A stretch of 64,000 nt of DNA. It comes from a virus. This document shows, piece after piece, positions 39,260 through 48,071 of the stretch. The DNA lies in the IMG/VR virus record IMGVR_UViG_3300046499_000680, positions 1-64,000 of that record. One strand, written 5' to 3'. Both the position numbers and the translations under genes were made by a program. Under the pieces are notes generated by a model. The model saw nothing but the letters and a program-made list of their open reading frames with translations. It searched no databases and was not told the DNA's origin. Numbering within the stretch: the first letter of the stretch is position 1; each line of letters begins with the position of its first letter.

Positions 39260-39395
39260 GGGGATTTTTGTCCAGCGCCTGGGCAGAAATCGCGATCGTC
39301 CGACCGGAGTTGCTACCTTTCCCATGCTGCGAAACGGGCTGTGGCCTCGTCCCTCCGAAGGTGGGGGGCATCCGAGGCTGACGGCCCCTTTTTTT

Positions 39396-40016
39396 ATGCA
39401 CGCTCAGACCGCATCAGACCCGAAGCTAATCCGCCGCTATGAAGGTGTGGTGCGAACGACCGCCTCGATGACTGTGGAACGGTGCGAGGAAGAATTCGAG
39501 GACATCTGCCAGCTCTTTCGGATCAAGGTGTGGATGGCCTTACTGAGCTATGACCCTGCGAAGCTGACCAACGAAAAACCTGACGCCAAGGGTCGTACTC
39601 CTCTGGACAGGTACGTCTTCGCCTGCATCAAAAATCAGCAGAAGGACCTCGAAAAGAAAGTGAAGCACGCCCACCGAGTGACCTATATCGAGGGTCTGGA
39701 CAAGGGGCACGGTGAGCGGTTCGAGGCAGAGTTCCTGGCGGTCTCCGACGAAACGATGTTCATCGCCGCCGAAGACATCGCCCCGCTGATCCCCTCGACG
39801 CTGGACGAGCGCGAGCGCCGGATCGTCACCCTGCTCTACATGGACTTCGACAACGGTGAGATCGGCGACCGGCTCGGCATCAAACGGAAGCAGGTCGCGA
39901 CGATCATCCGGGGCATCCGGGAGAAGCTGGCCGACTGGGCGCCCACGGGCTGGCGGTCGGCGACGGAGCCGCCCCCGCTGGCCCCCGCGTCCGAGCCGAT
40001 GCCGATCGCCGCCTAG
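39396..40016 (+). CDS. phage RNA polymerase sigma-70 family factor
   Basis: EDICQ..RIKVWMALLSYDP..YVFACIKN region 2; LDERERRIVTLLYMDFDNGEIGDRLGI region 4. Confidence 0.75.
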   Translation: MHAQTASDPKLIRRYEGVVRTTASMTVERCEEEFEDICQLFRIKVWMALLSYDPAKLTNEKPDAKGRTPLDRYVFACIKNQQKDLEKKVKHAHRVTYIEGLDKGHGERFEAEFLAVSDETMFIAAEDIAPLIPSTLDERERRIVTLLYMDFDNGEIGDRLGIKRKQVATIIRGIREKLADWAPTGWRSATEPPPLAPASEPMPIAA

Positions 40017-40858
40017 GGCTTCCCGAGCTGCGCGATCCGGTCGTGAACGTCGTGGCCCCGCCGCCGCGCCAGCTCCGCCTTCCGGCGCCGCACGCGGTCC
40101 TTCTCGGCGGCCTTGCGGCCCACCAGGTCCCCGACGCTGTACCCCAGCTCTTTCATCGACTTCAGGGTGTCGGCCATCGCCTCGTCGGTCATCGGGTCGC
40201 GTGCCGAGCGCGCCGGAGGTAGGTCCGGCAGGTCGGGCAGCTCCTCCACGTCCTCGTAGATGCCGATCAGGCCGTGCGTCTTCGCCATCACCGAGTCGTA
40301 GAGGCCGTCGCCGGGGTGAGAGTCTTCCCAGTCGGAGCAGGTTCGGTAGGTCACCACGTCTGGGTGCGCTTCGTAGGTGAGCATCCCGCCCTCCGGGAGC
40401 AGGAAGCCCTGGCGCACGCCGTCGTAGAGCCACGTTTCGAGCTGGTCGTCGTCCTCGAACTCAATCATCGTGGGCCTGACGTGGTAGTCGTAGTCGGCCC
40501 GCGCGAACTGGTCGGCGCTGGGGTCGAGCATGAACCGCCCGCCCGCGATCAGCACAAGGTGGCCCGGCCAGTTCGTGCCTTCTGGGTCTTCGCTGTCGGG
40601 GTCAACCTTGCAGCGCGCGCCGAACGCCCGCTCGTCTGGGTCGGTGGCATCGAATTCTTCGCCCTTCTGTTCCTTCTCCAGCGCGACCTGGTTCAAGCCG
40701 ATGACATCGACGGCGACCGGCATCGCCTTGACCCCGAGCTGGTTCATCAGGTCGCACAGAAGTTTGGTGCTGAGGATGCACGACTCCCGCGTCGAATGGC
40801 GAAGAATCTCACACCTCGCATGCCACATCGCGAAGTACATCAGCGTCGGTTCGTCCAT
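40013..40858 (-). CDS. transglutaminase/papain-like (Cys-His-Asp) protein
   Basis: SCILST, WPGHLVL, FMLDPSADQF. Confidence 0.5.
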   Translation of the reverse strand: MDEPTLMYFAMWHARCEILRHSTRESCILSTKLLCDLMNQLGVKAMPVAVDVIGLNQVALEKEQKGEEFDATDPDERAFGARCKVDPDSEDPEGTNWPGHLVLIAGGRFMLDPSADQFARADYDYHVRPTMIEFEDDDQLETWLYDGVRQGFLLPEGGMLTYEAHPDVVTYRTCSDWEDSHPGDGLYDSVMAKTHGLIGIYEDVEELPDLPDLPPARSARDPMTDEAMADTLKSMKELGYSVGDLVGRKAAEKDRVRRRKAELARRRGHDVHDRIAQLGKP

Positions 40859-41391
40859 CAGGGTGAAGCCTTCCGGTCGGAATGGATACGTTCGATCAGC
40901 GCGTGGCCGTGGCGCTTGAACAACACGCTGTACGTCCCGGTTTCTTCCAGGACTTCGTTCAGACCCTCGAAGTCAGCGACCCGAACGCCGAAATAGGTAA
41001 CGGTCTCCTCGGTCGTGCGATCCTGGAGGGTGGGATCGACCAGGGTGCCGTCGTCGGTCACGCACCAGGCATGGTGGATGGGGATTGGGAGACCCGAGGA
41101 CAAGACGTAGCCCTCGCAGTAAGTCAGGTCGGGCACGTCCTCACCGAGCAGGCCGCCGACCTGTTCATCGACAAGGATGAAGGCGTTCATAAAGCACATC
41201 TTTGGCGTCATCTGCTCAACCCACTCCGGGCGGGCATTGGCCGTGAACTCCTCGCCGTACTCCAGAAGGAACGCCTCGACGCTGACGGTATTTCCTCCGT
41301 GCGAGCTGTGGAAGTACGCCATCATTTCGCAGTTCCCTTTGGCGGTGGCGGGGAAGCTCGGGCCGTCGGCTACTTCGATCTTGTCGCTCAT
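40858..41391 (-). CDS. transglutaminase-like phage protein
   Basis: CFMNA, YCEGY, IHHAWC, LVDPT, YFGV. Confidence 0.55.
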   Translation of the reverse strand: MSDKIEVADGPSFPATAKGNCEMMAYFHSSHGGNTVSVEAFLLEYGEEFTANARPEWVEQMTPKMCFMNAFILVDEQVGGLLGEDVPDLTYCEGYVLSSGLPIPIHHAWCVTDDGTLVDPTLQDRTTEETVTYFGVRVADFEGLNEVLEETGTYSVLFKRHGHALIERIHSDRKASP

Positions 41392-41666
41392 AGTGGGATC
41401 AGGAGGAAGCGTTTGGTGTGGTTCAGCTCGATCCCCGGCGCGCACTGGCCGCAGAAGATCACCAGCTTGCCGCTCTCCAGGTCGCGGAACATGAACGCGC
41501 CTGCCGTCTTCTCCTCGTCCAGCTCCTGCTGGCAGGTGGAGTTGGCGCAGAGCTTGATCCCGCCGTAGGGCGGCAGCAGCTTCCCGAGCTGGGACCCCGG
41601 CTCGGCGTCGTAATCCTCGGGGACGTGAATCTGGAAGCCGTCGGCGAATCCGTCGTCGGGGGTCAT
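41388..41666 (-). CDS. small Zn-ribbon protein
   Basis: CANSTC ... CGQC. Confidence 0.55.
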   Translation of the reverse strand: MTPDDGFADGFQIHVPEDYDAEPGSQLGKLLPPYGGIKLCANSTCQQELDEEKTAGAFMFRDLESGKLVIFCGQCAPGIELNHTKRFLLIPL

Positions 41667-42670
41667 CGCGCACCTACCGCTTCTTCAAACTCCCGTTCGG
41701 ACTTCGCGATCGCCTCGTGCAGGTCGTCGCGGACCAGCTTGGTGTAGGCGAGGGTCTGCTGGAGGTTCGAGTGCCCGAGCAGTTTCTGCACGATCTCCAG
41801 CCGCCGCGTCGTCCGCAGCCACTCGGTCCCGGCGGTGTGCCGGAAGCGGTGGAGCTGCCACTGGCTGGGCTGGTGCGGGATCGGGTGGCCGATCGTCCGC
41901 ATGAGACCTTTGAATCGGGTGTAGCGCATCGGTTTCAGCGCGTGGACCTTGTTCGCCAGCGACAGCCAAGGGGTGTCGTGGGTCGGCCCGAGCTGGGTGC
42001 GCAGCTCGATCCAAGCTCGGACGGCGGCGCGGCTCGTCGCGGTGTGCGGCACCTCCCGTTGCTTGTCGCCGTCGTTGTCACCCTTGGCGTGCTTCACCAC
42101 GATGTAGGCGTTGTCGTAGTGGATGTCATCGAGGCTGGCCCGGAAAATCTCCTGGCGCCGGAGACCACAGTGCAGGGCGAGGGCGATGATCGCCTCCATC
42201 TGCACCCGCATCGCGTGGGTCCTGATCCGGCGGAACGGCGAGGTCCCCCGGCCGAATCGCGCCCAGAATTTCTCGTCCACCTTCGGCCACGCTTCATCGA
42301 ACTCCTTCCAGAACTGGGCGAGTTCTTTCTTCGAGTACGGGCGCGGCTTCGACTTGCCGGTGGACTGCCGGGGGGCGCCGATCTGCTGCACCGCGACCAG
42401 CCGCTCGGCGTCGATCACTTTGGCGCCCCATCCCCAGGAGAACCACGGCCGGAGCATGTTCAGCTCCTTGCGGATCGTGTTGACGTGGCAGCCTTCGTCG
42501 GCGCGGTGGGCGAGGAAAGCGCGCACGTCCTGGTCGTCGCAATCCTCCGGTGCTTTGCCCGCGAGGTCGCCCATGCCGGTGATCGCCCGAATCTGTTCCT
42601 GGCGACGGCCGGGGCTGATCCCTTCGTACTGCTGATAGTCGCGCTCGAAGCGTTCGATCGTGGTGGTCAT
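41663..42670 (-). CDS. tyrosine recombinase (integrase/Xer-like)
   Basis: GLRRQE, K, HRFRHT, LLGHS, TLAY catalytic set intact. Confidence 0.92.
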   Translation of the reverse strand: MTTTIERFERDYQQYEGISPGRRQEQIRAITGMGDLAGKAPEDCDDQDVRAFLAHRADEGCHVNTIRKELNMLRPWFSWGWGAKVIDAERLVAVQQIGAPRQSTGKSKPRPYSKKELAQFWKEFDEAWPKVDEKFWARFGRGTSPFRRIRTHAMRVQMEAIIALALHCGLRRQEIFRASLDDIHYDNAYIVVKHAKGDNDGDKQREVPHTATSRAAVRAWIELRTQLGPTHDTPWLSLANKVHALKPMRYTRFKGLMRTIGHPIPHQPSQWQLHRFRHTAGTEWLRTTRRLEIVQKLLGHSNLQQTLAYTKLVRDDLHEAIAKSEREFEEAVGAR

Positions 42671-42759
42671 GGTCTTCTCCAAGTGTCGGGTCATCCTACA
42701 CATAGGGCCGCCGAGCAATGACGCCCGACGGCCCTGGAACTGCGGTATTTGCGCCCGGC

Positions 42760-43128
42760 CTATTTGGCGGGCGGCGAGTAGTTCCGGCCGTTCTTATCGA
42801 CGCGGCCTTCCTTCTCCAGGTCGCCGAGGACCCGGTAGAGGTAGTTCGGCTTGATCTTCATCGCCTTCGCGATGTCCGAGGCCGAGATGCCCGGCTTCTT
42901 CTCAATCAGCGCGACGGCCTGGTCGGCACGCTTGCCTCCCCGGCGTTTGCGGCGGGCTTTTTTCGGCCCCGCCGGGAGGGCCTTCGGCTTCGGCCTCCGC
43001 GACTTCGGCGCCTTGCCGTTGAAGATCGCGATCGAGTCGGTGACCTTCTCGCGTTCCTCGTCCAACGTGGCGAGGCGCCGTTCGAGGAACGCCAGCGGCG
43101 ACTCCTCGACCTGCGGTTCTGCGTTCAT
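42760..43128 (-). CDS. coiled-coil + basic linker + winged-HTH DNA-binding protein
   Basis: PGISASDIAKAMKIKPNYLYRVLGDLEKEGRV. Confidence 0.75.
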   Translation of the reverse strand: MNAEPQVEESPLAFLERRLATLDEEREKVTDSIAIFNGKAPKSRRPKPKALPAGPKKARRKRRGGKRADQAVALIEKKPGISASDIAKAMKIKPNYLYRVLGDLEKEGRVDKNGRNYSPPAK

Positions 43129-43355
43129 CCTGATCCTTTCTTTGACCTGGTGCGTTTCTTACGCCAGTGGTCAACGATCTGTTGGGGGGTGACACTATAG
43201 GTAGAAACGTGACTACCTGGAAGTGGTTGGATGGAGAGGACCCGCCGCTTGGTCATCGAGTCGATGTGTGACTCCTCCGTGACCAGCGCGTAGAAGGTTT
43301 GACCGCGAACGTCGCACTTCACGATGTCGCCCTCACGAATCCCCGTGGTCTGCAT
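43125..43355 (-). CDS. small SH3-like hypothetical protein
   Basis: IREGDIV; coupled to neighbours. Confidence 0.55.
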   Translation of the reverse strand: MQTTGIREGDIVKCDVRGQTFYALVTEESHIDSMTKRRVLSIQPLPGSHVSTYSVTPQQIVDHWRKKRTRSKKGSG

Positions 43356-43760
43356 CTACTCGCCCCCTCCCGCCAGCGTCGTGTGCATCTGGTCCAGCGC
43401 TTCGCACAGGACCACGGCGCCCGTGTTCGGGCCATCGGCGCAGGAGAACAGAGCGTCCCCCGTGATGATGATGAACCCGAGGTGGGTGTCGGTCGGGAAG
43501 TTGTCGAGGAAGGGCCGAACGTCGGCGGTGACCAGCCGCGCGCCCTGATCCCCGGACTCCAGTTGCGGGTACTGTGCCTGCGCTCGCACGCCAAGCGCGC
43601 GGGTCGCGGACTTCAGGTCCTCGACGGCCGAGTGGTCGAACATCAGCATCGTCGTCACCAGGTCCACCCAGTTGCGGACCTTCTCGGTGTCGGCGCGCGA
43701 GTAGAGGCCGCCATCGACTTCGACCAGCTCACCAACGGGGTCGGTTGACACGGTGTTCAC
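43356..43760 (-). CDS. hypothetical protein
   Basis: GTG start with GAAGGGAG RBS. Confidence 0.55.
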   Translation of the reverse strand: MNTVSTDPVGELVEVDGGLYSRADTEKVRNWVDLVTTMLMFDHSAVEDLKSATRALGVRAQAQYPQLESGDQGARLVTADVRPFLDNFPTDTHLGFIIITGDALFSCADGPNTGAVVLCEALDQMHTTLAGGGE

Positions 43761-43868
43761 GCTCCCTTCTGCGGACTTCGAGGTTGATGTCGTGCGACGA
43801 TCGCCGCCGACCCGGCTCTGCTGGCGAGAACGCGCGGCCAACCGCCGCGAGCGCCCGCCGTACCCGGC

Positions 43869-44120
43869 TCATTTCGATTTCCTCCGATCGTTCGGGTCTT
43901 CCGTCATCGCCTCGCCCACCATGTCGGCGACGAACTTCGCGTCCGTGGTGCCAAGGTGCGGCTCCAGCACCTCGAAGACCTGTTTGGCGTCGTCCATGCC
44001 CTCCTCGGCGTAGATCGCGAACGCCTCGACCAGGGCCTCGTACTCGGAGAACTGGACGAACGTTCCGGTCTCATGCTCGGCAAGCGGCGAGGGCGACGTG
44101 AACCGTTTCGGCCCGGTCAT
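43869..44120 (-). CDS. hypothetical protein
   Basis: ATGA overlap; codon bias. Confidence 0.55.
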   Translation of the reverse strand: MTGPKRFTSPSPLAEHETGTFVQFSEYEALVEAFAIYAEEGMDDAKQVFEVLEPHLGTTDAKFVADMVGEAMTEDPNDRRKSK

Positions 44121-44572
44121 GGCTGCACCTTGGCGACTACCGGCTCGGCAATCGCCGCGCAGGCATCTTCGATCGTCTGCGAACGGCTCAGCAGGTCGGC
44201 GCCGCTCATGCCCGTGGCCTTGTCCTCGGCGCGGTCGCGGAGCAGCTTGGCCTTGTTCTCCAGGTAGGTCAGGGCCTGCTGTTCGAGGACCTGCTGGTAG
44301 GCGATCGTCAGGCCGTAGACCAGCATCCCCATCGCTTTGCCGGTCTGCAAGATGCCATCGGCGACCAGCTCGTCCAGCACCGTCGAGTGCCGGTCGTACC
44401 ACTCCTGGGGCGGCAGTTCGTCGTCGTCGGGCGTCGCGTGGTCGGGACCAAAGACGACCTCCTCGGTCACGGCGGGCGCGTTCAGGATGCGAGCGGTGTG
44501 GGGCATCTCGCGGGTGAACACCGCCAGCACCACTTCGCGGTCGTTCTGGCGTAGCTTCGGTGCGTCGGTCAT
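44117..44572 (-). CDS. hypothetical protein
   Basis: ATGA overlap; codon bias. Confidence 0.55.
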   Translation of the reverse strand: MTDAPKLRQNDREVVLAVFTREMPHTARILNAPAVTEEVVFGPDHATPDDDELPPQEWYDRHSTVLDELVADGILQTGKAMGMLVYGLTIAYQQVLEQQALTYLENKAKLLRDRAEDKATGMSGADLLSRSQTIEDACAAIAEPVVAKVQP

Positions 44573-44898
44573 CGGATCGACTCCGGGAAGCGCGCGGCCT
44601 CGTTGGGCGCGAAGGTCTCGACCCAGGCTTTCAGGACCTCGCTGCCGCGCAGGACCGCTCGGCGGCTGTCGTCGCCTTCGCCCCACTCCAGCTCGATGAA
44701 GTCCGTGCCGAGACCGGCGCCGACCGACACGCTGCCCATGCCGTCGCCGATCTCCAGCATGTTCTGGCGGAAGCCGAGGACGATCGACTGGCTGACGCTG
44801 ATCGGCTCCCGGATCGGGACCAGCAGCTTCGCTGGCTCCAGTGCGATCACGTCGGCCGTGCTGATGCCGCCCTTCTCGTCTTTGGTCGTGGCTCTCAT
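44569..44898 (-). CDS. hypothetical protein
   Basis: ATGA overlap; codon bias. Confidence 0.55.
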   Translation of the reverse strand: MRATTKDEKGGISTADVIALEPAKLLVPIREPISVSQSIVLGFRQNMLEIGDGMGSVSVGAGLGTDFIELEWGEGDDSRRAVLRGSEVLKAWVETFAPNEAARFPESIR

Positions 44899-45581
44899 AG
44901 GAAGTCCTGCCAGGGCCGAACGCGAACCCGCCCGGCCGCGATGCCGTGTTTGCGCAGCACTTTCCGAGCGGCGGCGACGAAGCTCTTGGCCTCGTCTTTG
45001 GTCTGGCCGTTGAACAGGTCCGACCCCTTGCGGCTCACGGTGATCTCGTTCTCGCCATCGAGGGGCGGCAAGCCGCGCAGTCCGTCGTCGTCCCACCCTG
45101 CCTTCCGCAGGTCCTCGCGCAGGCTCTCGTACTCCTTGCCTTCGCCGTCGGGCCAGTACAGCACCAGCCATACCGACACACGGTTTTCTTTACGTTGGAA
45201 CTCGGCTCTCACTTTTTCGCCTCTCGGTAGTAGTTGCTTAAGGTGCCCGACCTCGCCCCGAACTTCGGCTACCTCATCCCGGAACTGTTCGAGGGCGAGG
45301 TTGGCGACCTCCTGGCGAATGTCATCGGGATCGAACCCCACCCCGGTCACGTACGTCTGGATGCACTGACCGCAGAAGGTGGCGTCCTCGGGGGCCTAGC
45401 CGGTGGTGTCTACGAAGATGCCCGCCTGCCCGGTGAACCCGCCGCACCGTTCGCAGGGTTTGAGCGGGTCGGGGATCGGGTGCCATCCCAGCGCCCAAGA
45501 CTCCGGGCTGCCGATCAGCTCGGCGCAGAGCAGGCGAGCCTCCCCGTGAAGCTGCTGGGGGGTCAGGGTGGTCGCTCTCAC
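44895..45581 (-). pseudogene. Zn-ribbon protein interrupted by in-frame TAG at 45396-45398 (nonsense or readthrough)
   Basis: ORFs 45396-45581 and 44895-45350 are in frame; CERC...*APEDATFCGQC spans the stop. Confidence 0.55.
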
Positions 45582-45784
45582 TTCCGCCCCTTCGGGTAGG
45601 TGTGGAGCCTGTCAGTCGGTATGTCGGCGGCGTAGGCGGCTCTCCGGTTGTCGAGGTAGGTGATCCTCGCCCGGCGGTAGCGGGACTCTCCGTAGCCGAA
45701 GCTGTAGACGTAATCGACCCGCGCTGAGCGACCGTCGTGCCTGACCTTCCTGCCCTTCCGAATTCGCGATTCCTTGGTCGTCAC
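45578..45784 (-). CDS. small basic hypothetical protein
   Basis: GTGA overlaps both sides, AGGAG RBS. Confidence 0.5.
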   Translation of the reverse strand: MTTKESRIRKGRKVRHDGRSARVDYVYSFGYGESRYRRARITYLDNRRAAYAADIPTDRLHTYPKGRK

Positions 45785-46923
45785 GGTCGTTCTCCTAGTA
45801 GCTCGCGGGCGCGCTCGACGCCCTGGTCGGTGAGGGTGCGACCGCCGTGGCCCACCTGCACGAAGCCACGCTCGATCAGGTACGGCTCCACGCGCAGCGC
45901 GATCGCCTTGCTGTCTCGGCTCTTGCCGATCGCGGTGGCGATGGTGCCGACGCTGGCCTGGTAGCGAATCTCGTCCTTCACTTTGCGACCGGCGCGGGTG
46001 TAGAGGAAGGTCAGCATCCCCTGCATGTCGGCGGTCAGGCCGTCGGCGGTGACGCCGCTCACGTCCAGCACCTCGTCGGCGACGGCCACGCTGATCGTGT
46101 TGTCGGGGCCGACCAGGGATTCGCCGTTCAGGATGAAGTTATTCACCTCGCGCGGCACGCCACGGGAGGCGTTGGCGAGCCTCACCGCCGCCGAGACCGT
46201 GATCTGCACACCCAGCCGTTCAGCGTTCCAGACCGCCATAACGGCGATGTCGTCGGCGCTGTAGCGCTCCAGCCGAGGCCGGATCGGGAAGCGGTTGATG
46301 AAGGCGTCCGGCAGCATGCCCTCGTCGGTGGTGGTGCCGACGATCGTGATCGACGGGTAGGGCAGCACGCCGGTCCCGGTGGTGATCGTTCGATCCTCCA
46401 TCACCTCGTACAGGACCTCCGGCGTCATCGCCGAGCTGCGCCCGCGCCGGTCGCCCGCACCCTGCTGGTGAATCTCCTCGATCCGCAGCAGGTCGCCGTC
46501 CTTCATGGTCTCGCGCAGGAGGAGCAGCGTTTCATGGGAAACGGGGGCCTCGACGGCGAACACATCCACGTCGAGTTCGTTGGCGATGACGTGCGAGAAG
46601 GTGGACTTGCCGGTGCCGCTCGGCCCGATCAGGAGGATGTGGTCGAGCGGACGGTCCCGGTTCGCGGCGGCGGCGACGAACCGCTGCATCGTCCTCACCG
46701 CCCGTTCCTGCCCGACGATCTCAGCGAACGTGGCGGGCCGCAGGGGGTTGGAGGTCCGTTCGGCGGCCGTGACGGGCGACGGGGCCGCTGAGGGCGCCTG
46801 GTGGCCTCCCAGCGGTGCTACACCGTACGCCGTAGCACCTGGCGCGAAGTCAGCACGGCGAGCCGCGAGTGCGGCGCCGTCAGCAAGTGCAGAAGTGACC
46901 GTGCGGTGGGGCAAAGTTCTCAC
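45781..46923 (-). CDS. ruvB: RuvB-like Holliday junction branch-migration ATPase
   Basis: LRPATFAEIVGQ, LDHILLIGPSGTGKST, IEEIH, LYEVMED, RGVPR, VEPYLIERG..GRTLT. Confidence 0.85.
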   Translation of the reverse strand: MRTLPHRTVTSALADGAALAARRADFAPGATAYGVAPLGGHQAPSAAPSPVTAAERTSNPLRPATFAEIVGQERAVRTMQRFVAAAANRDRPLDHILLIGPSGTGKSTFSHVIANELDVDVFAVEAPVSHETLLLLRETMKDGDLLRIEEIHQQGAGDRRGRSSAMTPEVLYEVMEDRTITTGTGVLPYPSITIVGTTTDEGMLPDAFINRFPIRPRLERYSADDIAVMAVWNAERLGVQITVSAAVRLANASRGVPREVNNFILNGESLVGPDNTISVAVADEVLDVSGVTADGLTADMQGMLTFLYTRAGRKVKDEIRYQASVGTIATAIGKSRDSKAIALRVEPYLIERGFVQVGHGGRTLTDQGVERARELLGERP

Positions 46924-46968
46924 CTCCTACGGAAGTTTACGCAGGTTCCAAGGAAACATGCGTTAGAT

Positions 46969-47092
46969 GGGCGAAAGGATGTAGGCTCGAACAGCGCCGA
47001 GCCGGTTAGGAACAGCGAGCAGCCGGGGTTCGACTCCCCGGTGGGGCGGTGGGCTACCGTTGCCAGCTCGACCAGTACGGTCGGCTCGGCGT
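46969..47092 (+). ncRNA. candidate tRNA-like structured RNA (permuted; Y RNA/YrlA-like?)
   Basis: T-arm CCGGGG-TTCGACT-CCCCGG inside closing stem 46994-47005/47081-47092; G-U pairs favour + strand. Confidence 0.45.
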
Positions 47093-47096
47093 CCAG

Positions 47097-48071
47097 CTAG
47101 TCGTTGGTCCGCAGCACCAGGGCCTCTAGCTGCTGATCGAGCAGGCCCAGCTTGATCTCCATCTCCTCCAGCGAGGTGCCGAGGAGGCCGACGTAGCGTT
47201 CACGATGCTCGCCGAGGAATTTGCGCTGGGCGAGGATGTTGCCGACGCGATCCTTGCGCATTTTCCGTTCGTCGTTCTTCAGCGCCTCGGTCACGTCGGC
47301 CATCAGCTCGTCTATCTCCGAGCTGACGTTGGCGTTGAAGTGGCGTTCGATCAGTTCGCGCTGGCCCTCCGCCGACACCGTGGGGATCAGGTGCAGCTCG
47401 GCCCTGTCGATGCCGTACAGCTCGGTGATGACGGTTTCGAGGGAGTCGAGGTCGTCCTTGCCCGCCTTCGGCACGAAGTAGACGCCGCTGCCGCCGCTCC
47501 GCTTGCGGATGTTGACGGCGCCGATCTCTTTCAGCAGCTTGCGGATGCCGGAGCGGACCCGCGAGCCGGGCACCTTTTTCGCGTTGCGATCGAAGTGGTT
47601 CTGGATCAGGTCGAACAGGCCGGAGAGGTCCGAGGCATCCATGTCGGTCAGCCTGTCGATCGGCTCCCAGGACATCAGTTCGGTGTTCTTGTCGAAGGTC
47701 AGCTTCATCGCCTTCGGGTGGTCGATCAGCTCGTTGCGCGCGTCACGGGCGAGCTTGGTCACCTGGTAGACGACGCGATCTTTGTCCTCGACCACGGGGT
47801 CCACCTCGATCTCGATGCGCCGACTCTGCGCGTCGGTTCGACGGCTTCGGCTCTCGATCGACCGCGCCGCGACCTGGAATGCGTTCTTCGCGGAACGGGA
47901 GTTGGGGATTATGTCGTGCGGCAGTCCCTCCGAAATCCACAGCCGGTTGAGCTTGCTGGCGGACACGGGTTCGTCGGGCACGGTGAACAGGGCGTAGAAG
48001 CCCATGATGTGATCCAGGGTGATCTCGCCGCCGGGGGTGACAGCGACCACACCTTTCGGTACGCGAGCCAC
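47097..48071 (-). CDS. DUF6744-like conserved protein
   Basis: MGFYALFTV N-terminus, IRKRSGGSGVYFVP motif, C-terminal coiled coil; near AAA/VWA genes. Confidence 0.55.
   Translation of the reverse strand: MARVPKGVVAVTPGGEITLDHIMGFYALFTVPDEPVSASKLNRLWISEGLPHDIIPNSRSAKNAFQVAARSIESRSRRTDAQSRRIEIEVDPVVEDKDRVVYQVTKLARDARNELIDHPKAMKLTFDKNTELMSWEPIDRLTDMDASDLSGLFDLIQNHFDRNAKKVPGSRVRSGIRKLLKEIGAVNIRKRSGGSGVYFVPKAGKDDLDSLETVITELYGIDRAELHLIPTVSAEGQRELIERHFNANVSSEIDELMADVTEALKNDERKMRKDRVGNILAQRKFLGEHRERYVGLLGTSLEEMEIKLGLLDQQLEALVLRTND

Noticed and set aside
1090-39325. Recurrent CTT(T)CCC words in AT-richer patches as stoperator-like sites
   Set aside because: Flanks not conserved; too short to distinguish from chance
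46969-47050. Canonical tRNA or tmRNA gene
   Set aside because: No 5' acceptor strand, D arm or anticodon arm upstream of the T arm, no CCA, no tag reading frame
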